From: an uncultured Porphyromonadaceae bacterium
GTDB taxonomy: Bacteria; Bacteroidota; Bacteroidia; Bacteroidales; Muribaculaceae
Length of the DNA stretch: 64,000 bases
Direction of reading: 5' to 3'
NCBI GenBank assembly: GCA_947175295.1
Contig: CAMWMK010000002.1
Location: 11,290 to 75,289, forward strand
Shown here: one piece after another, positions 18,554 through 28,200 of the stretch
Layout of the letters: every line of letters starts with the position of its first letter
Numbering within the stretch: position 1 is the stretch's first letter
Notes under the pieces: generated by a model
What the model was told of the DNA's origin: nothing
Databases searched by the model: none
What the model saw: only the letters and a program-made list of their open reading frames with translations
Program-made: the position numbers and the translations under genes

Positions 18554-19678
18554 TTACTTGGTTAAGGTCGGCTTCACTTCCATTCCGTTGCGGACGGTAA
18601 GGAGTGCCTGTGTGACGTAGCGGTCGCCGGGCTTAAGGCCTTCGTTGACTACGCGCAGGGTATCCTGATAGAGCTCTCCGATCTTGATGGGGGTGTAGAC
18701 CACCTTGTTGGAGTCGTTGACCACATATACGTATTTCCCGAGCTGGTCGGTACCTATAGAGGCGTCTTTGATGAGTATCGCCTTCGGGTCTACTCCGTAG
18801 GGAAGTTCAATTGTGATATACATTCCGTCTTTCAGCTCGTTGTCGATGTTTGTAATCGATCCTTTGAGCTGGAGCGTACCTGTAGATGAATTGATCGTAG
18901 GGGATTCATAGGTGAGGTCGGCGGTATAGGAGTGGGGTAGAGGTTGTGTGAACTTAATGGGAACGTTTCTATAGAGCGAATGCGACATGCCTCCGTTCTG
19001 GCCTATCATCTCTTCATACTGCGAGTCTTCGATGGTGAAGACCGCAGTCATCTTTGCGTTGTCGTAGATATTACACATGGTCACCGGCGAACCTTCACCG
19101 CTTATGTATTCTCCTATGTTGGGGATACTGGATGTTATGTAGCCTGAGATAGGAGCCTTTATCTGGCAGTATGAAAGATTGAGGTTGGCCTGGCTGAGGG
19201 CTGCTTCCGCATTCTTGATCGATGCTGCTGCCTGCTCCATGGAAGACTTAGCCTGTATCACTTCGATCTGCGACACGGCATCGCTCTTAAGGGCCTCGCT
19301 GAGGGCCTCATAGTTTCTTGAGGCGTAGTCGTATTGGCTTTTGGCAGTGGCGAGGGCCGCCTGCGCCTGATTGACGGCGTCGCGGTATTTAGTGGATTCT
19401 ATTGTAAAAAGCACCTGACCCTTGTTGACGTAGGATCCGCCTTCATAGCTCTTCGAAAGTAGAGTGCCGTTGACTCGGCATACGACAGAAGCTTTGTCGC
19501 TTGCTCCCAACAGGCCGGGATAAGTCTTGTGGAGCACGATTGAGTCTACGATTGGAGCGGCTACCGCCACTTCCGGAATCTCTTCTTTGGGAGCGTTCTT
19601 ATCAGATTTCCTGCAAGAAGCGGCCGATATCATCAGGCATCCGGCTGAAAGCATTAGGTAAAGGTTTATGTTTTTCAT
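18554..19678 (-). CDS. RND efflux periplasmic adaptor (membrane fusion protein) lipoprotein
   Basis: The ORF track start at 19714 is a TTG. The first ATG (19678) gives MKNINLYLMLSAGCLMISAASC, a lipoprotein signal. The protein has a coiled-coil hairpin and beta-barrel domains typical of the HlyD/AcrA family. Confidence 0.9.
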   Translation of the reverse strand: MKNINLYLMLSAGCLMISAASCRKSDKNAPKEEIPEVAVAAPIVDSIVLHKTYPGLLGASDKASVVCRVNGTLLSKSYEGGSYVNKGQVLFTIESTKYRDAVNQAQAALATAKSQYDYASRNYEALSEALKSDAVSQIEVIQAKSSMEQAAASIKNAEAALSQANLNLSYCQIKAPISGYITSSIPNIGEYISGEGSPVTMCNIYDNAKMTAVFTIEDSQYEEMIGQNGGMSHSLYRNVPIKFTQPLPHSYTADLTYESPTINSSTGTLQLKGSITNIDNELKDGMYITIELPYGVDPKAILIKDASIGTDQLGKYVYVVNDSNKVVYTPIKIGELYQDTLRVVNEGLKPGDRYVTQALLTVRNGMEVKPTLTK

Positions 19679-19733
19679 AGCTGAAGGTATTGTTTCGGTT
19701 ATAGTTTTATACAAGTGTCACTCTCTGTTCGGA

Positions 19734-21149
19734 TCATTCTCCGGTCTTGTTCCATCCTCCTCCAAGGGCTTCGTAGAGGTTTACTACAGCGGTGAGGGCC
19801 TTTCCCTGCGCGGAGATCTGCGAATCCTGGTTTGTGAGGTAGCTTATCTGCGCGTCCACCACATTATTGAAGGGAGACAGGCCTTTTTTATACCGTTCCA
19901 CTGCGTAATCAAGAGATTCCTTGCTTTGGTTGACGACGTCTTCTGTGAGCTTGATGGTCTGCATGGTGGATTTGAATGTGGTGGTGGCGTTGGTGACTTC
20001 AATCACGGCGTTCATCACGGTATAGTTGTAGGAGTCGATTGCGGCTTCAAGCTGAGCCTTCGCTTCCGCGGTGCGGTAGTTGCGTGCGAGACCGTCGAAT
20101 AGTGTCCAGCTGAGTGTGGGGCTCACTTCCCAATACATACTGTGGTCGCCGAAGAGGTTCTTTGCCTCGTGGGCCTGGGTGCCTATAGATCCGTTGATGG
20201 AAAGTGTAGGGAGGAAGTCTTTTTTCGCTATGCCTACTTGAGCTGCGTATTGTGCAAGCTGGTATTCTGCCTGCACTATGTCGGGGCGCCTTCTGAGCAG
20301 GTCGGCCGGAACGCCGAGGTTGGCTCCGTAGACCACTGCGGGCATCGGAGCCGGAGCGGAAAGCCATGAGTAGATTTCATCGGGATATTTTGCGGTGAGG
20401 AGGCCGAGGGAGTTGATGGAAGATTCTATCATGGCCTCAAGTGGAGGAATGGAGGCTTTTGTGGAAGCCACTACGGTGCGAGACTGCGACACTTCCAGCA
20501 TGCTTGCCAGTCCGGCCTTGAATCTTGCCTCCACGATTGCGAGCACTTTCTCCTGCTCGGCGAGGTGGCTTTTTGCCACCTGCATTTCGTTCTGATATGT
20601 GCGGAGGTTGATGTATGCTTTGGCGACATTGGCGGCGAGGGATACCATAGTGCCGTCATATTCGGCTTTGGTAGCGTTGTAGGCGGCTTTGTTGGCCTTT
20701 ACATTCTGAGTGATTCGTCCGAAGAGGTCGACTTCCCACTGCATGGAAGCACCCAGCGAGAAGTAATCGTAAGGCGATGACTTTGCCACTACGGGGCCGG
20801 ATGCGCCTGAAGACTGCCCCTTTGTCCATCCCGCGGAGATGCCGAGGGTAGGGAAGTAGGCGGCTTTGGCGGCGTCGAGTGTCTTCTTCGCCATTTCGAT
20901 TCTCGAGAGGGCGGCTGCGATATTGTAGTTTTCCCTTTCCGCCATGTTTATGAGGGAGTCGAGTGTTGAGTCGCCGAAAGTCTTCCACCAGTCGTCGTCG
21001 GCAGGTAGTTTCTGAGAGTAAGCCGACTGGTAGGTCCATTGCTGCGGAATTGAATCAAGGAGCCAGTCGCGGGAGTCGTCGGCATTGGCCTGGGCGACCG
21101 CGCCGATGGCGGCGATTATCGTTAAGGCGATTTTAAGAGGTGTCTTCAT
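19734..21149 (-). CDS. TolC/NodT-family efflux outer-membrane factor
   Basis: 471 aa with a signal peptide. Tandem TolC repeats are present, and the C-terminal LYEALGGGW motif is typical of outer-membrane factor (OMF) proteins. It is the first gene of the OMF-MFP-RND operon. Confidence 0.9.
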   Translation of the reverse strand: MKTPLKIALTIIAAIGAVAQANADDSRDWLLDSIPQQWTYQSAYSQKLPADDDWWKTFGDSTLDSLINMAERENYNIAAALSRIEMAKKTLDAAKAAYFPTLGISAGWTKGQSSGASGPVVAKSSPYDYFSLGASMQWEVDLFGRITQNVKANKAAYNATKAEYDGTMVSLAANVAKAYINLRTYQNEMQVAKSHLAEQEKVLAIVEARFKAGLASMLEVSQSRTVVASTKASIPPLEAMIESSINSLGLLTAKYPDEIYSWLSAPAPMPAVVYGANLGVPADLLRRRPDIVQAEYQLAQYAAQVGIAKKDFLPTLSINGSIGTQAHEAKNLFGDHSMYWEVSPTLSWTLFDGLARNYRTAEAKAQLEAAIDSYNYTVMNAVIEVTNATTTFKSTMQTIKLTEDVVNQSKESLDYAVERYKKGLSPFNNVVDAQISYLTNQDSQISAQGKALTAVVNLYEALGGGWNKTGE

Positions 21150-21383
21150 AGCGGAATTCGTTGATGTTTTTCAATAAGGTTTCAATATGTGTGTCACTGC
21201 TTGAATGCCACATATATCTTTGATATGAAAACGTATGAAATTGCATATGGTTCAATCGGAGAGGGGTGTCTATGGTGGATGTCGGAATTGAAAAGTATGT
21301 CAATTTGATTGATTGTCTGCAATGAGTTTGATTGATGGCTATTAATTTTATGGAAAAATGTTGTATCTTAAATTTTTTTTTGT

Positions 21384-21391
21384 TAACTTTG
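21384..21391 (+). promoter_or_regulatory. -7 promoter element TAACTTTG upstream of ansA
   Basis: Exact TAnnTTTG match 22 nt upstream of the ATG at 21413. This argues against the longer ORF start at 21332. Confidence 0.55.
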
Positions 21392-21412
21392 CGCTTTGAA
21401 AATAAACATCAT

Positions 21413-22450
21413 ATGTCTGTAAAAAAACCGAACATACTGCTTATATACACGGGGGGAACTATCGGAATGATAGAGAATCCCGATACTAAAGCTTTGGAAC
21501 CATTTGATTTCAATCATCTTCTTGACAATGTGCCTAAGATTAAGATGCTTGACTTTGAAATAGACAATTTTCAGTTTGATGTGCCGATAGATTCAGCCGA
21601 CATGAATCCATCGCACTGGGGCCAGATTGCCAAGGTGATAGAAGACAATTACAGTAAGTATGACGGTTTCGTGATCCTGCATGGCACCGACACGATGGCC
21701 TATACGGCTTCGGCGTTGAGTTTCATGCTCAACAACCTTACGAAGCCTGTGATCATCACAGGGTCGCAGCTTCCTATCGGGGAGGTGCGTACGGACGGGG
21801 AGGAGAACCTGATCACAGCGCTCCAGGTGGCTGCGGCCAAGGACAGCGATGGGGAGCCGATGGTGAGGGAAGTGGCTATCCTTTTCCAGGATTCACTTTT
21901 AAGGGGCAACCGGAGCACAAAATTCTCGGCGGATAATTTCGATGCGTTTCAATCGAGCAACTATCCTGTGCTCGCCCATATCGGACTTGACATCACATAT
22001 AATAAGGATGCCCTCCTGCGTCCGTCGAAGGGTAAGGAGTTCAAGGTGGAGTATCTTATGGATACGAATGTAGCTTATCTTGATCTTTTCCCCGGAATCC
22101 AGGAGAGCGTGATAAGGTCTACGTTCAATATTCCCGGTCTACGGGGCGTCGTGCTGAAGACGTATGGCGTGGGCAACGGTCCGAGCAGCCCCTGGCTTTT
22201 CGAGTGCATCCGGGATGCAGTAGGCAAGGGTCTTCTTATAGTGAATATCTCGCAGTGTTCCAACGGTATGGTATCTCCTATGAAGTATTCCGCCGGTGTG
22301 GGACTCGCGAATGCCGGAATCATCTCTGGTCATGACCTTACATCGGAGGCCGCCATCACTAAGATGATGTATCTTTTCGGGATGGGTGCCACAGCACAGC
22401 TCGCAGGAAAATACATGGAGAAGAACCTTCACGGCGAACTGACTGAATAA
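21413..22450 (+). CDS. ansA: Type I L-asparaginase
   Basis: MSVKKPNILLIYTGGTIGM contains the catalytic TGGT motif, and HGTDTM is also present. The length of 345 aa is typical. Confidence 0.9.
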   Translation: MSVKKPNILLIYTGGTIGMIENPDTKALEPFDFNHLLDNVPKIKMLDFEIDNFQFDVPIDSADMNPSHWGQIAKVIEDNYSKYDGFVILHGTDTMAYTASALSFMLNNLTKPVIITGSQLPIGEVRTDGEENLITALQVAAAKDSDGEPMVREVAILFQDSLLRGNRSTKFSADNFDAFQSSNYPVLAHIGLDITYNKDALLRPSKGKEFKVEYLMDTNVAYLDLFPGIQESVIRSTFNIPGLRGVVLKTYGVGNGPSSPWLFECIRDAVGKGLLIVNISQCSNGMVSPMKYSAGVGLANAGIISGHDLTSEAAITKMMYLFGMGATAQLAGKYMEKNLHGELTE

Positions 22451-22465
22451 CACAACTTATAGACG

Positions 22466-22510
22466 GAAAAAAGCCGGGCAGCATCGAATGCGATGCTGCC
22501 CGGGTTTTTT
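22466..22510. terminator. Bidirectional intrinsic terminator between ansA and the S9 peptidase gene
   Basis: AAAAAAGCCGGGCAGCATCG-AATG-CGATGCTGCCCGGGTTTTTT. The stem is about 15 bp and is flanked by an A-run and a T-run. Confidence 0.85.
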
Positions 22511-22534
22511 ATCTGTGTATGTTGGGGTGAAGGG

Positions 22535-25393
22535 TCAGTAGCCGAGGTCCTGGCCTTTGCGGATCATGGGTATGCCGCTTTTCATCCATTCGGGCATTGG
22601 ATCGCCCTTCAGGTAGTGGTCGAAGAACTGCTGGAGACGGACAGTGATGTCCTTGCGGTTGCGGCGTTCCTTGAGGTTGTGGGCTTCGCCGTTGTATTGC
22701 AGCATCCAGACGGGTTTCTGGAGGCGGCGCAGAGCCATGAACATCTCAATGCCCTGATACCAAGGCACAGCGCCGTCTGCATCGTTGTGCATGATGAGGA
22801 GCGGAGTCTCCACACGGTTGGCATGGAATACGGGGGAGTTGGCGATATAGAGTTCGGTTGCGTCCCAGAGGTTGCGTCCGATACGGCTCTGTCCGAGCTC
22901 ATACTGGCCCTGGCGCGAGCTTCCGCTTTCCCAGCGTATGCCGCCGAAGGCGGAAGTCATGTTGCTCACAGGAGCTCCGCTGCCCGCGCAGGCGAACATG
23001 TTGGTGCGCGTCACGAGATAAGCCGTCTGATAGCCGCCCCAGCTCTGGCCGTCGATGCCGATGCGGTCGCGGTCGATCCAAGGATAGCGGTCGCACATGG
23101 CCTCGGCACCTGAACATACGAAATTCCAGGCGCATTCACCCGGTACGCCCGCCGTGTAATGGATGTCGGGAACGAATATGACGTAGCCGCGGCTTACGTA
23201 GAAAGGATAGTTGACCCAGCTCCATGAGGGTTCCATGTTGTAGTGGTAGTATAGGTCTTGCGATCCGGTCTCGTAGAACACGCAGAGCATAGGATACTTC
23301 TTATTGGGGTCGAAATCCTCCGGGACGTAGAGCACGCCGTCGGAGGGAGTGCCGTCATAGGCATACCAGCTGACGAGACGCGCAGTGCCCCAGTAGTAGT
23401 CCTTCACCTGAGGATTCGAGTCGCTGACCTTCTCTGCTTTGGCGAACACTCCTTTCGGAGCCAGCCACACATCCGGCATCACCGAGAAGTTGGCTTCCAC
23501 GAATGAGAATGAAGGAGCGTCGAGAGCCTGACGGATCTGAGTGAAGCTAAGCGTGTCGATCACTACATTCTCCGGCTTTGCGGCCACTCCGTATTTCATC
23601 GAGGCCAGACCGTTGCGCTTGTCCTTATAATTGAAGAGCGTAAGGGTCATGAGGTCGCCTTTCTTCAGGAAGCGGCGTTCCTTGCCATGGGTGTTGACAT
23701 AGCGTATCTTGAGGCCGTTGTCGCGGCCATAGCTCTTCGTGAGGCAGACCGGGGCTTCCTTGCCGGTAGGATCCACGCTCCAGATATCGAAACGGTCGTA
23801 GACCAGCATGCGGGAGTCATCTTCCGACCAGGAAGCGAATCCATAGTCCTGACGTACGCCCGGATGGTCGTCATCCTCGTCCCATACGGGATAGGGGATT
23901 GCCCGGGTGGCGTTGACGATGCTTCCGGATGCGATCTCATACGCAAACCAATCGCCGTCTTTGAACCAATACACGAACCTGTCGCCGGGCGAAAGCTTCG
24001 CCGAGCCCTCATAGACTGAGGCAATATCACGTTTCTGACCGTCGTTGACGTTGACTACGCTGATCTGCTCGGGTGCGTAATAGTTCCACTGCTGGCTCAC
24101 GATATCCTTGCTCGCATCGCGTATGAGCGCCCAGTCGCCGTCCCATCGGTCGGGGGAAAGCACAGTGGCGAGTGGATTGAAGTCGATGAGGCGGTAACGG
24201 CCGCTTTCGAGGTCGATCACTACGGGGAAAGTCTGTTCCCTAAGTTCGTCGAGATTGCATTTCTCCTGAGGGGGAGTATATGGAGCGTCCCAACGCCAGA
24301 TGTCGAGTTCCGGACGCTCAAAGCTTACGAGCGTGGTGTCGTCGGGAGCCACTTCCGGAGCCACACCTACTACGAGTCGGCGACCGTTGTAGCTGAATTC
24401 CGGTTTTGAATACTGGTTGATGTAGAGGGGAGCGGCAGCGTTGGCGGCCATCTTCTCCTGCCATTCCTTCATCAGGCGTTGCTGCACGTCCGGATCGGAA
24501 GAATGAGGGGGCTGGAGGTTGGGGCCTTTACGGCCTGTCATTACGTCAAGCTCAAACTCTTTCGGGGAGGAGGGGGCGGCACCGAGCGACGCCATATACA
24601 GCTGCATGCGGCGAGTGCCGGTGTCGTTGCTGTCGTTGGTGGCTGTATACGCCAGTTTAGTTCCGTCGGTGGAGAAGACCGGTGAGCCGTAATGTTTCTT
24701 TCCTTCGTCGATAAGGAAATCCTTTCCTTCCGGCAGATAGACCACCCTCACGCCTTTGCTATAGACCGAATCCTTGTCGGCAGGCTTTGACACGGCCACG
24801 AGTCGGCGCCCGTCTTCACTGAATGAATAGCTGCCGATATATGGAAATACCTTCGTCTCTCCCGAGGCGAGGTTTCTGACCACGAGGGGGAGTGCGGCAT
24901 CCTTATCGGAAAGCTTCATGTCTTTAGTGACAGTGGTGTCGCAGCTGTTGTAGGCAACCCATTCGCCACCTTTCTCGCCGATCCTGAATCCCTTGACAAG
25001 AGGAATCTTCGTGATGTCGCCCGATTTCAGGTCTACGATCGCAAGTGAATCCTGCGGCATGTCGAAGTTCTTCTTCTTGTCGATCTTGGCCTGGCGGGTG
25101 TCCTTGAAGAAGGGCTTGATGTTTGCCACGGCCCATCGGCTGTCGGCAGTGAAGGCGATTCCTGCTCCGCGCGCAATCTGAATGGCCTTGCCGTTGGAAG
25201 TGTTGCGGAGCGTCAGCACTCCGTCGCCTTCCTGCGGGTCGATGCTGAAGGCTGCCCAGCGTCCGTCGTTGCTCAGGCAATGGTTGGTCACTTTCTTCCA
25301 ATCGTCGAAACTGGAATGGTCGAGTGCTTTCTTGGCTTGGGAAGGGAGGGTAAAGCTGAGGAAGATGAATGGAATGAGATACGGATTCTTCAT
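22535..25393 (-). CDS. S9-family serine peptidase (prolyl oligopeptidase/dipeptidyl peptidase-like) with a large N-terminal beta-propeller region
   Basis: 952 aa with a signal peptide. The nucleophile elbow GQSWGGY sits in the C-terminal alpha/beta-hydrolase domain, followed by later D and H motifs (HNDADGAVP, GEAHNL). Confidence 0.85.
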   Translation of the reverse strand: MKNPYLIPFIFLSFTLPSQAKKALDHSSFDDWKKVTNHCLSNDGRWAAFSIDPQEGDGVLTLRNTSNGKAIQIARGAGIAFTADSRWAVANIKPFFKDTRQAKIDKKKNFDMPQDSLAIVDLKSGDITKIPLVKGFRIGEKGGEWVAYNSCDTTVTKDMKLSDKDAALPLVVRNLASGETKVFPYIGSYSFSEDGRRLVAVSKPADKDSVYSKGVRVVYLPEGKDFLIDEGKKHYGSPVFSTDGTKLAYTATNDSNDTGTRRMQLYMASLGAAPSSPKEFELDVMTGRKGPNLQPPHSSDPDVQQRLMKEWQEKMAANAAAPLYINQYSKPEFSYNGRRLVVGVAPEVAPDDTTLVSFERPELDIWRWDAPYTPPQEKCNLDELREQTFPVVIDLESGRYRLIDFNPLATVLSPDRWDGDWALIRDASKDIVSQQWNYYAPEQISVVNVNDGQKRDIASVYEGSAKLSPGDRFVYWFKDGDWFAYEIASGSIVNATRAIPYPVWDEDDDHPGVRQDYGFASWSEDDSRMLVYDRFDIWSVDPTGKEAPVCLTKSYGRDNGLKIRYVNTHGKERRFLKKGDLMTLTLFNYKDKRNGLASMKYGVAAKPENVVIDTLSFTQIRQALDAPSFSFVEANFSVMPDVWLAPKGVFAKAEKVSDSNPQVKDYYWGTARLVSWYAYDGTPSDGVLYVPEDFDPNKKYPMLCVFYETGSQDLYYHYNMEPSWSWVNYPFYVSRGYVIFVPDIHYTAGVPGECAWNFVCSGAEAMCDRYPWIDRDRIGIDGQSWGGYQTAYLVTRTNMFACAGSGAPVSNMTSAFGGIRWESGSSRQGQYELGQSRIGRNLWDATELYIANSPVFHANRVETPLLIMHNDADGAVPWYQGIEMFMALRRLQKPVWMLQYNGEAHNLKERRNRKDITVRLQQFFDHYLKGDPMPEWMKSGIPMIRKGQDLGY

Positions 25394-25472
25394 TTTGGAA
25401 GTCGATACACTGTAATTTTTATAATGCTATAAATGCTTTATGCGGGAGGCCGGGAAGCCTCCCTTCCATAAA

Positions 25473-26687
25473 TCAGCTGAATTTCAGTTGGTGTCCCATG
25501 CGTTCCTTCTTGGTGTGCATGTAGAAACTGTTGTATTTATTGGGTTTTACTTCAAGCGGAACGTTTTCGACGGTCTCGATTCCGAATCCTTCAAGACCTA
25601 TGCGCTTCATGGGGTTGTTGCTCATCAGGCGCATCTTCTTTATGCCGAGGGCGTGAAGGATTGATGCGCCTACGCCATAGCTGCGTTCGTCGGCCTTGTG
25701 GCCGAGGTGAAGGTTGGCGTCAACGGTGTCGAGTCCTTCCTCCTGAAGTTTATAGGCTTTGATCTTGTCCATCAGTCCGATGCCGCGTCCCTCCTGATTG
25801 AGATAGACGATAGCCCCGCGTCCTTCCTTCTCTATCAGCTCCATTGCCTTATGCAGCTGTTCGCCGCATTCGCAGCGCATCGATCCGAAGATGTCGCCGG
25901 TGGCGCAGCTGCTGTGTACCCTTACGAGCACCGGCTCGCCGTCGGCTACGTCTCCCTTGATGAGGGCGATGTGTTCGAGTCCGTTGTCTTTCTGGCGGAA
26001 GGGTATCAGGCGGAAATGTCCGTAGGCGGTAGGCATGTCCACTTCCTCTCCCTTCTCGAGGAGATTGTCGTTTTTCAGTCGGTAGGCGATAAGGTCGCGT
26101 ATGCTGATGAGCTTGAAGCCCCACTCGTCGGCCAGTCTGCGTAGCTCGGGGAGGCGCGCCATGGTGCCGTCCTGATTCATTATCTCCATAAGCACTCCGG
26201 CCGGTTCGAGACCGGCGAGGCGGGCAAGGTCGACGGCCGCTTCCGTGTGTCCGGCGCGTTCGAGCACTCCGCGGTCTTGAGCGTAGAGGGGATTTATGTG
26301 GCCCGGGCGGCCGAATGTCTCGGGTGTCGACTTCGGATCTGCAAGCGCGTTGAGCGTAGCGGCACGGTCGTGGGCGCTCACTCCGGTGGAGCAGCCTTCA
26401 AGTTTGTCAACCGTCACGGTGAATGGAGTGCCGAGCATGGAAGTGTTTTCCTCCACCTGGAATCCGAGGCCGAGCTCCTTGCAGCGCTTCATAGTCAGCG
26501 GTGCGCAAAGCACTCCGCGGGCGTGCTTAAGCATGAAGTTTACCTGCTCCGGGGTTATCTTTTCTGCCGCTATGATCAGGTCTCCTTCGTTTTCGCGGTC
26601 TTCATCGTCGACCACGACGACGAACTGACCTTTTCTGAAATCTTCTATTGCGTCTTCAATAGTATCCAATTTAATGTTCTTGTCCAT
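25473..26687 (-). CDS. ribBA: Bifunctional 3,4-dihydroxy-2-butanone-4-phosphate synthase / GTP cyclohydrolase II
   Basis: 404 aa. The DHBP synthase part shows [16 protein letters not shown] and the GCH II part shows [21 protein letters not shown]. Confidence 0.95.
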   Translation of the reverse strand: MDKNIKLDTIEDAIEDFRKGQFVVVVDDEDRENEGDLIIAAEKITPEQVNFMLKHARGVLCAPLTMKRCKELGLGFQVEENTSMLGTPFTVTVDKLEGCSTGVSAHDRAATLNALADPKSTPETFGRPGHINPLYAQDRGVLERAGHTEAAVDLARLAGLEPAGVLMEIMNQDGTMARLPELRRLADEWGFKLISIRDLIAYRLKNDNLLEKGEEVDMPTAYGHFRLIPFRQKDNGLEHIALIKGDVADGEPVLVRVHSSCATGDIFGSMRCECGEQLHKAMELIEKEGRGAIVYLNQEGRGIGLMDKIKAYKLQEEGLDTVDANLHLGHKADERSYGVGASILHALGIKKMRLMSNNPMKRIGLEGFGIETVENVPLEVKPNKYNSFYMHTKKERMGHQLKFS

Positions 26688-26726
26688 AGTTCTTATAATT
26701 CATAATGCATAATTCATAATGCATAA

Positions 26727-27284
26727 TTATTGGTCGTTACTTTCTGTCCCGGGCTTGCGGAATATGGAGAAATTGACCGATCCGTAGGCCCGGTGCTGTT
26801 CAAATCCGGGGATAGGGGAGAAATCGTGCTTGTCGTTGTGTTCCACGATCACGAGTGTGCCTGGCTTTACGGCTCCGGAGCCGAGGATCAGCGAAGGAAT
26901 CTCGTCAAATCTCGGATGATCGTAGGGAGGATCGGCGAAGACGATGTCGTAAGGTTTCCTTGCGGAAGAGAGAAACTTGAATACGTCGCCGCGAATCACG
27001 CGGAGTGCATCGTCGCCGAGCTTTTCCTTCACGCTTCTGATGAAATTGGCCTGCGTGGCGGCCATTTCCACGGAAGTGACCGAGCGTGCGCCCCTCGACA
27101 GGAACTCGAGGCTTATGGCTCCGGTGCCGGCGAAGAGATCGAGCACGTCGTCGCCCTCGATGTCTTCGATGTTTTCTATTACGTTGAATATGTTTTCCTT
27201 GGCGAAGTCGGTGGTAGGCCGGGCCGTGATGTTGTGTGGCACGTCGAAACGCCGCTTTCCGTATTTACCTCGTATGATGCGCAT
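26727..27284 (-). CDS. rsmD: 16S rRNA (guanine966-N2)-methyltransferase
   Basis: 185 aa with MRIIRGKYGKRRF, VLDLFAGTGAISLEFLSRGA and the DPPY motif (FADPPYD). Confidence 0.9.
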   Translation of the reverse strand: MRIIRGKYGKRRFDVPHNITARPTTDFAKENIFNVIENIEDIEGDDVLDLFAGTGAISLEFLSRGARSVTSVEMAATQANFIRSVKEKLGDDALRVIRGDVFKFLSSARKPYDIVFADPPYDHPRFDEIPSLILGSGAVKPGTLVIVEHNDKHDFSPIPGFEQHRAYGSVNFSIFRKPGTESNDQ

Positions 27285-28095
27285 ATCTTTTCTTTCTGTT
27301 TATGGCCAGATAGACGGCAGTAGGGATTTCCTTACCGTCAAGGTCATGGTTTTTCTGGCTGATTGTCTTGAAATAAGGGAGCAGTGTCTTGCCGAGGTTC
27401 TGCCTCGTGTCGCGGCGTCCGCTGAAAACCATCTCGGTATCGGGGGATGCCGCTTCGTATGTCTGCAGCATGTTGAGCAGCACATAGGCGATGTCGCTTT
27501 CCGTTTTCCATAGATGTGTGGATGCGCACTGAAGCTCGCCACGGCATAGAAGCACGATGTCTACTGCCGCTTCCCTGATGTCGACAAGGCATTTGAAAGC
27601 CTCGTGCGGCTGCGTGGCCGTCTCTTTGAGCAGGGCCTGCTGGCTCCAGATGCGGGCTCCCGGAAACGAACGCTGCATGAACGACTTCAGGCCCGGCGTC
27701 AGCGTGAACGCGCATTTCTCCTTTCCGAGGTCGTTGACCATTACGTCGAGTATATCGCCGCCGTAAATGCCCGTATAAGCTTCTGCGCATTCATCGTCGG
27801 TCTGGAACAATGCGGAGGGGAGCCATAGCTGTCGGTCGCTCTCCACTATGATGTCGGCGGAATAGTCGTCGAGCACCGTCGGATTGTCGTAGACGGCGTC
27901 TTCGATCCTTCCGAGCAGTCCTTCTTCCGACGGCGTCCAGGACTGACGCACCAGGACGCGGGGACCGCGCCCGAGCGATGCGTCGGGAAGGAGCCATGCT
28001 CCCAAGCCATGCTTCGATATGTCTACGGCGAGATGCCACTGCCCCGTGTCTGTAAGGTCGGAGTAGGCGCCGTAAGGGGGTATTTCTTCACTCAT
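27265..28095 (-). CDS. DUF3822-like conserved Bacteroidetes protein
   Basis: 276 aa. It overlaps the rsmD start by 20 nt, an operon arrangement commonly seen in Bacteroidetes. The family assignment is from memory only. Confidence 0.5.
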   Translation of the reverse strand: MSEEIPPYGAYSDLTDTGQWHLAVDISKHGLGAWLLPDASLGRGPRVLVRQSWTPSEEGLLGRIEDAVYDNPTVLDDYSADIIVESDRQLWLPSALFQTDDECAEAYTGIYGGDILDVMVNDLGKEKCAFTLTPGLKSFMQRSFPGARIWSQQALLKETATQPHEAFKCLVDIREAAVDIVLLCRGELQCASTHLWKTESDIAYVLLNMLQTYEAASPDTEMVFSGRRDTRQNLGKTLLPYFKTISQKNHDLDGKEIPTAVYLAINRKKRYAHHTR

Positions 28096-28200
28096 ACTGC
28101 AAAATTAACAATAAATCCGTCTAAAAACAACTAATCACTTGCCTGTTTCACATTTTTTTTTCAACTTTGCACTATGATAAATGAAAAATCAGGTGAAAAC

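Noticed and set aside
26696-26729. A 14-nt tandem repeat, considered as a CRISPR or minisatellite.
   Set aside because: There are only 2.4 contiguous copies with no spacers and no cas genes anywhere in the window. It is kept only as an intercistronic motif observation.
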